Assembly: GCF_048265165.1 (NCBI RefSeq)
Contig: NZ_JBLXCD010000009.1
Coordinates: forward strand, 1 to 24,000
Length of the DNA: 24,000 nucleotides
Direction: 5' to 3'
Source: Oceanospirillum sp.
GTDB lineage: Bacteria; Pseudomonadota; Gammaproteobacteria; Pseudomonadales; Halomonadaceae
Positions 8,454 to 17,173 of the stretch are shown here, piece after piece. The translations under genes and the position numbers were made by a program. Each line of letters opens with the position of its first letter. The first letter of the stretch is position 1. Under the pieces are notes generated by a model. The model made no database searches and was not told where the DNA came from. It saw only the letters and a program-made list of their open reading frames with translations.

Positions 8454-9263
8454 TTACTCCGGTTTTTTGCCCGAAGCCTCATCGGTGGCTGCTTCCGCTT
8501 TTTCAGCAGAGCGCCTCACCAGTCGGGACATCATGATTCCCAGTTCAAACAGCAACCACATAGGCAAAGCTAACAACGTCTGAGAGATAACATCAGGCGG
8601 AGTCAGCAACATACCGATCACAAAGCAGAAGATCACAACATAAGGGCGCTTTTGTGCAAGGGATTCAACTGTTGTAATACCCGTCCAGACTAAGATAAAA
8701 GTGGCCACGGGAATCTCAAATGCCACACCGAAAGCGAAAAATAGCTTCAGAACAAAATTCAGATAAGAGTTAATATCCGTCATTACCGCAATATCGGTGG
8801 GGCCAGCGGATGTGAAAAAGGCAAAGATTAGCGGGAAAACCACATAGTAAGCAAAAACAGCACCGGAATAGAAAAGCACAACACTGGATGCGAGAAGCGG
8901 CATCGCAATTTTTTTCTCATGCTTATAAAGGCCTGGAGCGATAAAACTCCAAACCTGATAAAGCACATAGGGGATCGCAGCAAACAGCGCTGTCACCAGT
9001 GTCAGTTTAAAAGGCGCCAGAAATGGGGATGCCACTTCTGTTGCAATCATCTGGGTTCCCGGCGGTAACAGCGCGCGCAAAGGCTCAGAAACGATCAGGT
9101 AAAGTTCATTAGAAAATGGGTATAAGGCTAAAAACGCTACCAGAATCACAACCACCGAGCGCAAAAGCTTCCCTCTAAGCTCGATCAGATGTTCAATTAA
9201 AGGGGCATGCTTGCCTTCTTCTGGAATGACCGGCGGAAGCTGCGGTGATTCGTTTTGAGTCAT
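8454..9263 (-). CDS. tatC: Twin-arginine translocase subunit TatC
   Basis: The protein is polytopic with a typical TatC N-terminus (PLIEHLIELRGKLLRSVVVILVAF). It starts 2 nt after the tatB stop. Confidence 0.95.
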   Translation of the reverse strand: MTQNESPQLPPVIPEEGKHAPLIEHLIELRGKLLRSVVVILVAFLALYPFSNELYLIVSEPLRALLPPGTQMIATEVASPFLAPFKLTLVTALFAAIPYVLYQVWSFIAPGLYKHEKKIAMPLLASSVVLFYSGAVFAYYVVFPLIFAFFTSAGPTDIAVMTDINSYLNFVLKLFFAFGVAFEIPVATFILVWTGITTVESLAQKRPYVVIFCFVIGMLLTPPDVISQTLLALPMWLLFELGIMMSRLVRRSAEKAEAATDEASGKKPE

Positions 9264-9265
9264 AA

Positions 9266-9700
9266 CTAGCCTTTTTGATTAGAAGCAGCAGATTTATCAG
9301 AAGGCTCTGCAGAGGGTTCAGGTGAAACCGGCGTTGATCCAAACGGGCCTTCATCCTCAGGACGAACCTGAACCGTCGGTGTTTCTGTGTCGGCAGCAGA
9401 CTGACCGGAGTCAACAGGCTCCCCGGATGAGGCAGGTTGCGGGCCGGTACTATCGGTAATGGTCTGCTCCTGCTTACGCAGTGTTTCTTCCAGCTTGCGG
9501 CGATTCTCTTCCAGCTGTTTCTGCATCTCTTCCATGTGCAGCTGCTGATTCACCTCCTGCTGAATTGAGCTAAGCCCCTGCTTGATACGGCCAATCCACA
9601 TACCCGCTGTGCGGGCAGCCTTTGGCAAACGCTCCGGGCCCAGCACTAACAGTGCCAGAATACCGATGACGATAAGTTCAAAAAAACCAATATCAAACAT
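9266..9700 (-). CDS. tatB: Twin-arginine translocase subunit TatB
   Basis: It has the MFDIGFFELIVIGILALLVLGPERLPKAARTAG N-terminal TM plus amphipathic helix. The C-terminal tail is acidic and Pro-rich. Confidence 0.92.
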   Translation of the reverse strand: MFDIGFFELIVIGILALLVLGPERLPKAARTAGMWIGRIKQGLSSIQQEVNQQLHMEEMQKQLEENRRKLEETLRKQEQTITDSTGPQPASSGEPVDSGQSAADTETPTVQVRPEDEGPFGSTPVSPEPSAEPSDKSAASNQKG

Positions 9701-9717
9701 GTGCGGGGCTCACCCAG

Positions 9718-9960
9718 TTACTTTTTCTGTTCTGTTTTTTCAGCAGTGCTGTCGATCACCTGATCCGCTTCTTTCTTCTCGATTGAAGCCTGATCTTCTT
9801 TATTTTCAGCGTCTTTATCAGGGTTGTTAACCGCTTCTTTGAAACCCTTAACGGCACCGCCCAGATCACTACCGACATTGCGCAGTTTCTTAGTTCCAAA
9901 AATCAGAATAATGATGCCCAAAACAATCAGTAACTGCCAAATGCTGATACCACCTAACAT
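9718..9960 (-). CDS. tatA: Twin-arginine translocase subunit TatA (80 aa)
   Basis: The sequence [34 protein letters not shown] is typical of TatA. The ORF-track start at 10008 is a GTG that adds 16 non-conserved residues. The ATG at 9958-9960 has GGGAG 8 nt upstream and is preferred. Confidence 0.9.
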   Translation of the reverse strand: MLGGISIWQLLIVLGIIILIFGTKKLRNVGSDLGGAVKGFKEAVNNPDKDAENKEDQASIEKKEADQVIDSTAEKTEQKK

Positions 9961-9981
9961 AATGTTTACTCCCGTAAGTTC

Positions 9982-10019
9982 AAAACTAACACTCGGAGTG
10001 TTAGCCACTGAAACCAGTG
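9982..10019 (-). terminator. Tandem hairpins between hisE and tatA, the second followed by T4 (weak terminator or tatA leader structure)
   Basis: The minus strand reads CACTG-GTTT-CAGTG (10019-10006), then CTAACACT-CCG-AGTGTTAG (10004-9986), then TTTTG. This ends about 25 nt upstream of the tatA ATG. Confidence 0.35.
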
Positions 10020-10085
10020 TTTATTCTTGTTTCTTTCCTGCTGTCTCCGGCCCTATTATTCAGATGCGGAAACGTCAGAAGCAGA

Positions 10086-10415
10086 TTACTTCTGGCGGGA
10101 TGCTTTCTCTTCAATACCTGACATACCAAACCGGCGCGCCAGCTCATCAATAACAGCCTGTGGCGACTGCCCCAGATGGGACAATGCAACTAGGCTGTGG
10201 AACCACAGATCCGCTGTTTCATAAACGACGTCACTTACATCACCAGAGCGCTCAGCGTCTTTTGCCGCGATAATGGCTTCTGTAGCCTCTTCGCCAACCT
10301 TCTCCAGAATTTTATTCAGACCTTTATGATGGAGCTGTGCAACATAAGAGGTATCCGGATCAGCATCACGACGCTCCGCTAGAATATCACCTAATTGTTG
10401 CAGTACATCACTCAT
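10086..10415 (-). CDS. hisE: Phosphoribosyl-ATP pyrophosphatase (monofunctional HisE)
   Basis: The sequence [53 protein letters not shown] is typical of HisE/MazG-like PRA-PH. At 109 aa it has no fused HisI domain. Confidence 0.92.
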   Translation of the reverse strand: MSDVLQQLGDILAERRDADPDTSYVAQLHHKGLNKILEKVGEEATEAIIAAKDAERSGDVSDVVYETADLWFHSLVALSHLGQSPQAVIDELARRFGMSGIEEKASRQK

Positions 10416-10502
10416 CAGATTCAGCCTTATTCTGTAATTTTTTTGTCAGAATGCAGCCTGACATGCTGCACCAAATTTAATTATAGCGCCCTAAATATCT
10501 GT

Positions 10503-10531
10503 TTTATAAACAGTTGTTACCAGTCATTCAA
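10503..10531 (-). promoter_or_regulatory. Candidate sigma70 promoter for hisE(-tatABC)
   Basis: The minus strand reads TTGAAT (10531-10526), a 17-nt spacer, then TATAAA (10508-10503). This is about 90 nt upstream of the hisE ATG. The call rests on pattern match only. Confidence 0.35.
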
Positions 10532-10617
10532 TTACCCCAAGCGACGCTCAAGCATAATAGAATTTTTAACCACGCACCATGCCTAAAAAATAATGTATTC
10601 GCCTGTCCTGTCTGCCT

Positions 10618-12249
10618 TTATCGGCGCACCAGAAAGAAAACTCCCAGCAACATCAACACTTGAGCGCCCACAGGAAGCTGTTGCAGCCAGGGCAAGCCAT
10701 CGCTGGCAACAAAAACACCAGAAATCAGTAACAGCCAGCCCAGCGAAGATGATTTCTTTCTGCTTCGGGTTTTAGAGCTGTCGACCAGCTCCTGAAGCAA
10801 GGCTTCCTGCCTGAGCTGACGCTCCTCAGTTTTACGCACCTGATCCAACGCACCATAGATCATATTTGGCAACTCAGGTGCCTGCTCCATCCAGTCCGGG
10901 AACTGGGTACGGATGTTTTTCCAGACACCTTTTGGCCCCATCCTTTCCTTCATCCAGTTTTCCAGATAGGGCTTCGCTGTACTCCAAAGATCCAGATCCG
11001 GATAAAGCTGACGCCCTAGCCCTTCAATATTGAGTAATGTCTTCTGCAGCAGCACCAACTGTGGCTGCACCTCCATATTGAAACGACGGGCTGTCTGAAA
11101 CAAACCCAAAAGCACCTGACCAAAAGAGATCTCTTTCAGAGGTTTCTCAAAGATGGGTTCACACACCGCCCGGATTGCTGTGGCAAACTCATTGACCCGG
11201 GTTCCTTCACCCACCCAGCCGGATTCGATATGCAGGCGCGCTACTTCGTAATAGTCCTGACGGAAAAAAGCCAACAGATTACGGGCCAGATAATGCTGAT
11301 CTTCTTCTGAAAGGCTACCAACAATACCGCAATCAATGCCAATATATTGTGGATCACGGGGCGTCTTATCCGAGATAAAAATATTGCCGGGATGCATATC
11401 CGCATGAAAGAAGTTATCCCGGAATACCTGGGTAAAGAAAACCTCAACACCCCGCTCCGCTAACTTTTTCATGTCGGTGCCATTGGCAATCAGTGCATCA
11501 ACCTCTGCCACCGGAATGCCGTAAATCCGCTCCTGAACCATCACATTTTTACGGGTCAGCTCCCAATAAACCTGTGGTACATAAAGCGCTGGAGAACCTT
11601 CAAAGTTTCGGCGTAGCTGGGAGGTATTCGCAGCCTCTTTCTGCAGGTCCAACTCATCAAACAGTGTGGACTCGTAATCTTTAACAATGGCAACCGGATG
11701 TAACCGGCGCGCATCCGGCACCCAATAATTCAGACTGTAAGCCAGAGTATAAAGCAGTTTGATGTCTTTCTTCAGAATACGGCGAATGCCAGGGCGAATC
11801 ACTTTCACCACAACCCGTTCGCCTGTATTCATCTCAGCAGCATGTACCTGAGCCATGGAGGCAGAGGCCATCGGCTCGCGCTCGAAGGTTCTGAAAAGTT
11901 CATCAACTGATTGCCCAAGAGAGGTCTCGATCTCTTTTACAGCCACACTGCTGGCAAAAGGAGGCACCTGATCCTGTAGCTTTTTCAGTTCATCCGCCAC
12001 ATCATCCGGCAGCAGATCCCGCCGAGTAGAGAGCATCTGACCAAACTTGATAAAAATAGGCCCCAGTTCCTCTAGAGCTAAGCGCAAGCGCTCACCACGG
12101 CTTTTCTTACCCACCGGCAAAAGCCGCATCGGGTTAAGGCGTAGCAGGAGGACTAAGAACCAGGGCAAGCGCTCTTCTGGAATCAGGCTGTCTAAGCGGT
12201 AACGACTGAAGACAAAAACAATTTTAAACAGACGAAGCAGACGGGACAC
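10618..12249 (-). CDS. ubiB: Ubiquinone biosynthesis protein UbiB (ABC1/ADCK atypical kinase family)
   Basis: It shows UbiB-typical sequence ([48 protein letters not shown]). C-terminal TM segments are present. The start is a GTG with GGAG 5 nt upstream. Confidence 0.93.
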   Translation of the reverse strand: MSRLLRLFKIVFVFSRYRLDSLIPEERLPWFLVLLLRLNPMRLLPVGKKSRGERLRLALEELGPIFIKFGQMLSTRRDLLPDDVADELKKLQDQVPPFASSVAVKEIETSLGQSVDELFRTFEREPMASASMAQVHAAEMNTGERVVVKVIRPGIRRILKKDIKLLYTLAYSLNYWVPDARRLHPVAIVKDYESTLFDELDLQKEAANTSQLRRNFEGSPALYVPQVYWELTRKNVMVQERIYGIPVAEVDALIANGTDMKKLAERGVEVFFTQVFRDNFFHADMHPGNIFISDKTPRDPQYIGIDCGIVGSLSEEDQHYLARNLLAFFRQDYYEVARLHIESGWVGEGTRVNEFATAIRAVCEPIFEKPLKEISFGQVLLGLFQTARRFNMEVQPQLVLLQKTLLNIEGLGRQLYPDLDLWSTAKPYLENWMKERMGPKGVWKNIRTQFPDWMEQAPELPNMIYGALDQVRKTEERQLRQEALLQELVDSSKTRSRKKSSSLGWLLLISGVFVASDGLPWLQQLPVGAQVLMLLGVFFLVRR

Positions 12250-12261
12250 GGTGACTCCGGT

Positions 12262-12975
12262 TTATGTATGAGATTCTGACGGGAGGTGAGGCTTGAGCTG
12301 ATCACCGGACAAAGCCTGAACCTGTTGCTTCAGGCGCTCAACACGGGCATTAAGACGATCCATGCTACGGCGTGCATTCAGCACACCGTCACTGTAGCCT
12401 TTCAGCTCAGCTGCTGCAGGTAATAGCGCCAGCTCATACTGCAGGTATTCCTGCCAGTCCTGCATCGCAGTTCTACTCAAAGCAGGACACCAGCGGGCAA
12501 AGCCAGTGAAAGGTGCAGACAATACAGCAGTCGGTACCACACCAATCAGCTTTTCACTAAATGAAGCCAGATCCAGATCCAGAGTTGAGACTACCTGTTG
12601 TAGCTTGCGCACCAATCCGGTATTACCACGCAGCGTTAATGCGCCTTCAAACAATAACGTTTCTCGACGATCACCCGCCAACATAAAGCGGACAAAGTCG
12701 CTCAGACGACCTTCCACTTCAGCATCAACCTTCAGGTCTGAACCAGACAATTCAGCATCGGCAGCATTATCCAACTCAAAAGACACGCCTTGCTCTGATG
12801 GCCAGATCAGTACGGCCATCTCAGGCTGGATACAGCGCACCCGAATCACTTTACCAGCCATCATTCCCAGCTGAGAGCGAGCTGTCGCATCACGCTTCAG
12901 AAGAGGGCTAATCAACTGCTCGGCGCTTTCAAGAGCCCCGTGCAGCAATATTCTGGTAGGTTGTGCGAAAGTCAT
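12262..12975 (-). CDS. ubiJ: Ubiquinone biosynthesis accessory factor UbiJ (SCP2-domain protein), 237 aa
   Basis: It occupies the conserved position between ubiE and ubiB. It has an SCP2-like N-terminal half and a coiled C-terminal part. The ORF-track GTG start at 13014 overlaps ubiE, whereas the ATG at 12973-12975 lies 1 nt after the ubiE stop (12977-12979) and is preferred. Confidence 0.8.
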   Translation of the reverse strand: MTFAQPTRILLHGALESAEQLISPLLKRDATARSQLGMMAGKVIRVRCIQPEMAVLIWPSEQGVSFELDNAADAELSGSDLKVDAEVEGRLSDFVRFMLAGDRRETLLFEGALTLRGNTGLVRKLQQVVSTLDLDLASFSEKLIGVVPTAVLSAPFTGFARWCPALSRTAMQDWQEYLQYELALLPAAAELKGYSDGVLNARRSMDRLNARVERLKQQVQALSGDQLKPHLPSESHT

Positions 12976-12976
12976 A

Positions 12977-13738
12977 TCAGAGTTTAATACCACGGTGCAG
13001 CGCCACAACACCACTGGTCATATTGTGGTATTCAACCCGTGACAACCCGGCATCTTCCATCATGCCTTTCAGCGTTTCCTGATCCGGGTGCATACGAATC
13101 GACTCCGCCAGATACCGGTAACTTTCTGAATCATTTGTGACCAGCTTGCCCATAAACGGTAGGGCAGTAAACGAATACGTATCGTAAACCTTGCTCATAA
13201 CAGGATTCGTAGGTTTGGAGAATTCAAGCACTAACAGACGACCACCGGGTTTCAGAATACGCGCCATAGAGCGCAGCGCTTTGTCTTTATCAGTCACATT
13301 TCTCAGACCAAACGCGATGGTGATGCAATCAAAGGTATTATCCGGAAACGGCAGACACTCAGCATTCGCCTGAACAAACTCAACATTGCCGCTACAGCCT
13401 TTATCCAGCAATTTATCACGACCTACCTTCAGCATAGAGTCGTTAATATCAGCCAAAACAACGCGGCCATCTTTACCCACCAAACGCGAGAACTTCAGGG
13501 TCAGATCTCCGGTACCACCGGCAATGTCCAGAACAGCATTTCCCTGACGCACACCACTCATCTCAATGGTCATGCGTTTCCAGAGGCGATGGATTCCCAT
13601 GGACATTAAGTCATTCATCAGATCATATTTAGCAGCAACTGAGTGAAATACCTCAGCAACCTTGCCTGCTTTCTCTTCAACACCCACTTGCTGATAACCG
13701 AAGTGGGTGGTTTGATTTTCCTTTTCTGACTCGGACAT
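12977..13738 (-). CDS. ubiE: Demethylmenaquinone/ubiquinone C-methyltransferase UbiE
   Basis: It has the THFGYQQV N-terminal motif, [18 protein letters not shown], and the SAM-binding motif [11 protein letters not shown]. Confidence 0.95.
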   Translation of the reverse strand: MSESEKENQTTHFGYQQVGVEEKAGKVAEVFHSVAAKYDLMNDLMSMGIHRLWKRMTIEMSGVRQGNAVLDIAGGTGDLTLKFSRLVGKDGRVVLADINDSMLKVGRDKLLDKGCSGNVEFVQANAECLPFPDNTFDCITIAFGLRNVTDKDKALRSMARILKPGGRLLVLEFSKPTNPVMSKVYDTYSFTALPFMGKLVTNDSESYRYLAESIRMHPDQETLKGMMEDAGLSRVEYHNMTSGVVALHRGIKL

Positions 13739-13835
13739 GACACAACCTTTGCTTTCAAAATTGGCGACATTGTAAACCGGTCTGACAGGTTTGTCTTTGT
13801 CTGACCACCGGATCCCGTACGCTAACAGTCCAACC

Positions 13836-14228
13836 TTATAGTTGTCTGATGGAGATCAGTGAAGGCTCACGACTGGCTCCAGCTTCTTCGATACGGCGCA
13901 GATAGTCCTTCCAGAACGCGTCTTTATGCAACCCCAACTCATAGAGGTACTCCCAGGCATACAGACCGGAATCATGGCCATCATCAAAACAGATCTTGAT
14001 GGCGTAACTACCGGATGGCTGAATATCCAGAATACGCACATCTTTTTTACCTGTCTGCAGTGTTTCCTGACCTGCACCATGCCCGCGCACCTCGGCTGAC
14101 GGAGAGTAAACCCGCAAAAGCTCAGCCTCCAGCTCAAGTCTAGTACCATCGGCATAACTGAGTTCAAGAATGTTTGTCGATTTTCGATAGTTAATATTGC
14201 CAGGTACAGATGTCGTGTTACTGCTCAT
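13836..14228 (-). CDS. DUF971 (gamma-butyrobetaine hydroxylase-like N-terminal domain) protein
   Basis: The motifs [14 protein letters not shown]...[25 protein letters not shown] match my recollection of DUF971. GAGGA sits 7 nt upstream of the ATG. Confidence 0.75.
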   Translation of the reverse strand: MSSNTTSVPGNINYRKSTNILELSYADGTRLELEAELLRVYSPSAEVRGHGAGQETLQTGKKDVRILDIQPSGSYAIKICFDDGHDSGLYAWEYLYELGLHKDAFWKDYLRRIEEAGASREPSLISIRQL

Positions 14229-14294
14229 CGTTATATCCTCAATCGGTTAGCCTATGGCTTCATCAGATCAAAACGAAAAATCTCAGACTACAAA

Positions 14295-14323
14295 CAAAAA
14301 AGCCGGCTGAAAACAACCGGCTT
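14295..14323 (-). terminator. Rho-independent terminator downstream of hslU
   Basis: The minus strand has stem AAGCCGG/CCGGCTT (14323-14317 / 14306-14300) with a 10-nt loop, followed by TTTTGTTTG. It starts about 20 nt after the hslU stop. Confidence 0.75.
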
Positions 14324-14342
14324 AACCATCAGAGTTCAGGTC

Positions 14343-15668
14343 TTATAGAATAAAACGACTCAAGTCCTCATCCGTTGCTAGGTCGTTCAGCTGTTTGTTC
14401 ACGTAATCCTTATCGATGACAACTTTTTCCTGAATATCAGCAGCCTCATAAGAGATGCTTTCCAGCAAACGCTCCATCACAGTGTGTAAGCGGCGGGCAC
14501 CAATATTCTCCGTCCCTTCATTCACCTGGTAAGCGATTTCGGCGATACGGCTGATCCCGTCTTCGGTAAATTCAATCTCAAGGCCTTCAGTTTTCATCAG
14601 TTCCTGATATTGAACGGTCAGAGCGGCGCTGGGTTCAGTCAGAATACGTTTAAAATCATCCGGCGTCAGGGCGCTTAATTCAACCCGGATCGGCAAACGG
14701 CCCTGTAACTCAGGGATAAGATCAGAGGGCTTACTCAGATGGAATGCGCCGGATGCGATAAACAGGATATGATCTGTCTTCACCATACCGTGTTTAGTAG
14801 AAACTGTACTGCCTTCAATCATCGGCAGCAGGTCACGCTGAACCCCTTCCCGGGATACATCAGCACCACCTGACTCGCCGCGCTTGGCAACTTTATCAAT
14901 CTCATCAATAAAGACGATACCGTTCTGCTCAACAGCATCAATAACCTGAGACTTCAGCTCATCTTCATTGACCAGCTTGGCAGCTTCCTCATCTGTCGCC
15001 TGCCGCAAGGCATCTTTCACCTTCAGTTTGCGGGTTTTAGTACGCTCATTCGACAGGTTAGAGAACATGCTCTGAAGTTGACTGGTCATCTCCTCCATAC
15101 CCGGAGGTGCCATAATTTCAACACCCACCTGAGGCGCTGCAACATCGATCTCGATCTCTTTGTCGTCCAGATCACCTTCACGTAGTTTCTTGCGGAACAC
15201 CTGACGAGTCGAGCTATCCCGTGCAGGCTCCTCTTCACCAAACCCAGCACGTGCAGGTGGCAGCAAGGCGTCAAGAATACGCTCTTCGGCGGCCTCTTCA
15301 GCGCGAAAACGAACGCGCTTAACCTCTTGCTCCCGCAGCATCTTCATCGCCATATCCGTCAGGTCACGGATGATGGTTTCCACATCGCGTCCAACATAAC
15401 CAACTTCCGTAAACTTGGTCGCTTCAACCTTGATAAAAGGTGCATTCGCCAGCTTAGCCAAACGACGGGCAATCTCGGTTTTACCAACACCGGTAGGACC
15501 GATCATCAGAATATTTTTTGGCGTCACTTCACCACGCAGCTCAGGGTCCAGCTGCATACGACGCCAACGATTACGCAGGGCGATCGCCACAGCACGCTTA
15601 GCATCAGCCTGACCCACAATAAAGCGATCAAGTTCGGAAACAATTTCACGAGGTGTCATCTGAGACAT
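14343..15668 (-). CDS. hslU: ATP-dependent protease ATPase subunit HslU
   Basis: It has the Walker A motif [15 protein letters not shown], the typical [18 protein letters not shown]-terminus, and a C-terminal SRFIL tail. Confidence 0.97.
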   Translation of the reverse strand: MSQMTPREIVSELDRFIVGQADAKRAVAIALRNRWRRMQLDPELRGEVTPKNILMIGPTGVGKTEIARRLAKLANAPFIKVEATKFTEVGYVGRDVETIIRDLTDMAMKMLREQEVKRVRFRAEEAAEERILDALLPPARAGFGEEEPARDSSTRQVFRKKLREGDLDDKEIEIDVAAPQVGVEIMAPPGMEEMTSQLQSMFSNLSNERTKTRKLKVKDALRQATDEEAAKLVNEDELKSQVIDAVEQNGIVFIDEIDKVAKRGESGGADVSREGVQRDLLPMIEGSTVSTKHGMVKTDHILFIASGAFHLSKPSDLIPELQGRLPIRVELSALTPDDFKRILTEPSAALTVQYQELMKTEGLEIEFTEDGISRIAEIAYQVNEGTENIGARRLHTVMERLLESISYEAADIQEKVVIDKDYVNKQLNDLATDEDLSRFIL

Positions 15669-15771
15669 AACAGCTACTCTTTTTAATTTTAAAATTCAGT
15701 TTCTGACGCCCTGTTTGCCGATATTACTGGCTACCACCAGGGCGAGTTCATCCTAATGCTCTGTCAACAAT

Positions 15772-16296
15772 CTACCAGGACAGCTCTTCGATCGTGGGTG
15801 AGTGATTGGTAAAGACACAGATATCACCCGCCATTTGCAGGCTCTTTTCAACAATCTCCTGAGCACTCAGCTCAGTATTTTCGTGTAACGCACGGCCAGC
15901 TGCCAATGCAAAGTTACCCCCAGAGCCAATAGAAACCACGCCATGCTCAGGTTCAACCACATCACCGGTGCCGGAAATAATCAGTGTCGCTGTATGATCA
16001 GCCACAATCAGCATCGCCTCCAGGCGTCGCAAAGCACGGTCGGTGCGCCAGTCTTTCGCCATCTCAACCGCGGCACGGGTCAGCTGTCCGGAGTGTTTCT
16101 CCAGCTGTGCTTCAAAGCGTTCGAAAAGAGTGAACGCATCTGCAGTGCCTCCGGCAAAACCCGCCAACACCTGGTTACGGTACAGACGACGTACTTTGCG
16201 CGCATTGCCTTTCATTACGGTATTACCCAGAGAAACCTGACCGTCACCGCCCAGTACTACCTGATTATCACGTCGCACAGCTACAATCGTTGTCAT
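15772..16296 (-). CDS. hslV: ATP-dependent protease proteolytic subunit HslV
   Basis: It begins MTTIVAVRR, with the catalytic Thr right after the initiator Met. [22 protein letters not shown] is present. Confidence 0.97.
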   Translation of the reverse strand: MTTIVAVRRDNQVVLGGDGQVSLGNTVMKGNARKVRRLYRNQVLAGFAGGTADAFTLFERFEAQLEKHSGQLTRAAVEMAKDWRTDRALRRLEAMLIVADHTATLIISGTGDVVEPEHGVVSIGSGGNFALAAGRALHENTELSAQEIVEKSLQMAGDICVFTNHSPTIEELSW

Positions 16297-16442
16297 CTGT
16301 TACTCCAAATTGAGTTGAAAAGGCTTAACACCTCATCAAAAAATACTCGCTGACCCGCCTTTCCTAACAAAAGGAGATATCGAAAAAAAGCAGGCCGGCC
16401 TAAAAACTATTGAGAAAGGTGCACCACCTTAATGAACCATTT

Positions 16443-16472
16443 TAGATGGTGGTAACGCGGAATAATTTCAAG
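16443..16472 (-). promoter_or_regulatory. Sigma32 (heat-shock)-type promoter for hslVU
   Basis: The minus strand reads CTTGAAA (16472-16466), a 13-14 nt spacer, then CCACCATCTA (16452-16443). The remembered consensus is CTTGAAA-N13-15-CCCCATNT. It lies about 145 nt upstream of the hslV ATG, just downstream of the SPOR-gene terminator. Confidence 0.55.
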
Positions 16473-16516
16473 TTTAAAACCAGGTCAACTGAGAATAAAG
16501 TAAGGCGCTACAAATG

Positions 16517-16556
16517 AAAAAAGCTGTCAATCCACTCTGGCAGAGCAATTAACAGC
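16517..16556 (-). terminator. Rho-independent terminator downstream of the SPOR-domain gene
   Basis: The minus-strand RNA GGCTGTTAATT...GATTGACAGC forms a stem of about 10 bp, including 2 G.U pairs (plus 16523-16556), with a small inner stem. T6 follows (plus A-run 16517-16522). It lies 30 nt after the stop at 16587-16589. Confidence 0.6.
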
Positions 16557-16586
16557 CTTATTTATGCCGCAGTTTTTATAAGATAA

Positions 16587-17168
16587 CTACTGGGGTGGTA
16601 AGCGAATCAATAGTGACTGAATATTATCACGCGCCATTGCATCCTGCGCCATATTGAGTTTGCGCCGGTCTTTGAAGGGACCAATCCGAACCCGATGCCA
16701 GGTGCCACTATCTGTGGTAATGCTGGATATCATCGCCTGATAACCATCTGACTTCAGCTTCGTACTCAGTCGCTCAGCATCCGGGACCGCACGGAACGAG
16801 CCAACCTGCAAAATATACTCAGGCAGATTTTCAGCATCCCGTGGTGTTGATTTATATTCTTCTACAGTATCAGTAACGACCTCTTGCTGAGGTAGCAGAT
16901 TGTAAAAGTCAAAGCGCTTCCGCTCTTCACTCTGAGGCGCATTTTCTTCGGCAGTACTCTCCGCAGGGGCCGCCGGAACAGCCGCCATACGGGGCGCAGG
17001 AGCAACTGGATCTTCATCCAGCCACTCCGATAATCCAAAACCCAGCACCACGCCAAAAATCAACCAGCTCCATGGCGGTAACTCACGGCGAGCCGGAGCA
17101 GTTTCCTCCTCCTGTCGAGGAGAAGCACCACCCCGTCTTGACGATTTTTGAGCAAAATCCCGGCTCAT
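16587..17168 (-). CDS. SPOR domain-containing protein (FtsN-like architecture)
   Basis: It has a short basic N-terminus, one TM segment (WSWLIFGVVLGFGL), a Pro/Ala/Glu-rich linker and a C-terminal SPOR-like domain (YILQVGSFRAVPDAERLSTKLKSDGYQA...WHRVRIGPF). It starts 5 nt after the argS stop. Confidence 0.8.
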   Translation of the reverse strand: MSRDFAQKSSRRGGASPRQEEETAPARRELPPWSWLIFGVVLGFGLSEWLDEDPVAPAPRMAAVPAAPAESTAEENAPQSEERKRFDFYNLLPQQEVVTDTVEEYKSTPRDAENLPEYILQVGSFRAVPDAERLSTKLKSDGYQAMISSITTDSGTWHRVRIGPFKDRRKLNMAQDAMARDNIQSLLIRLPPQ

Positions 17169-17173
17169 AATAC

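Noticed and set aside
8444-8468. The hairpin A6CCG-N7-CGGT6 spans the tatC stop codon and could be a tatC terminator.
   Set aside because: The G:C core is only 3 bp and the T-tract is itself part of the stem. This is too weak to call, so I could not define a confident tatC terminator or a promoter for the downstream operon in 8181-8453.
9193-9414. A 73-aa minus-strand ORF overlaps the tatB/tatC junction in another frame.
   Set aside because: It lies fully inside tatB and tatC coding sequence and its product is Arg-rich and low-complexity. It is an alternative-frame artefact.
10395-10586. A 63-aa plus-strand ORF lies in the ubiB-hisE gap.
   Set aside because: It is an AT-rich, Cys/Ser-rich product with no ribosome-binding site. 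It overlaps the hisE start on the opposite strand and shows no similarity to HisI.
7407-13014. The ORF-track N-terminal extensions were considered: 7407-8225 (272 aa), 9718-10008 (96 aa) and 12262-13014 (250 aa).
   Set aside because: All three extended starts are GTG codons that add non-conserved residues or overlap the upstream gene. Internal ATGs with Shine-Dalgarno sequences (8180, 9960, 12975) match the expected family N-termini.
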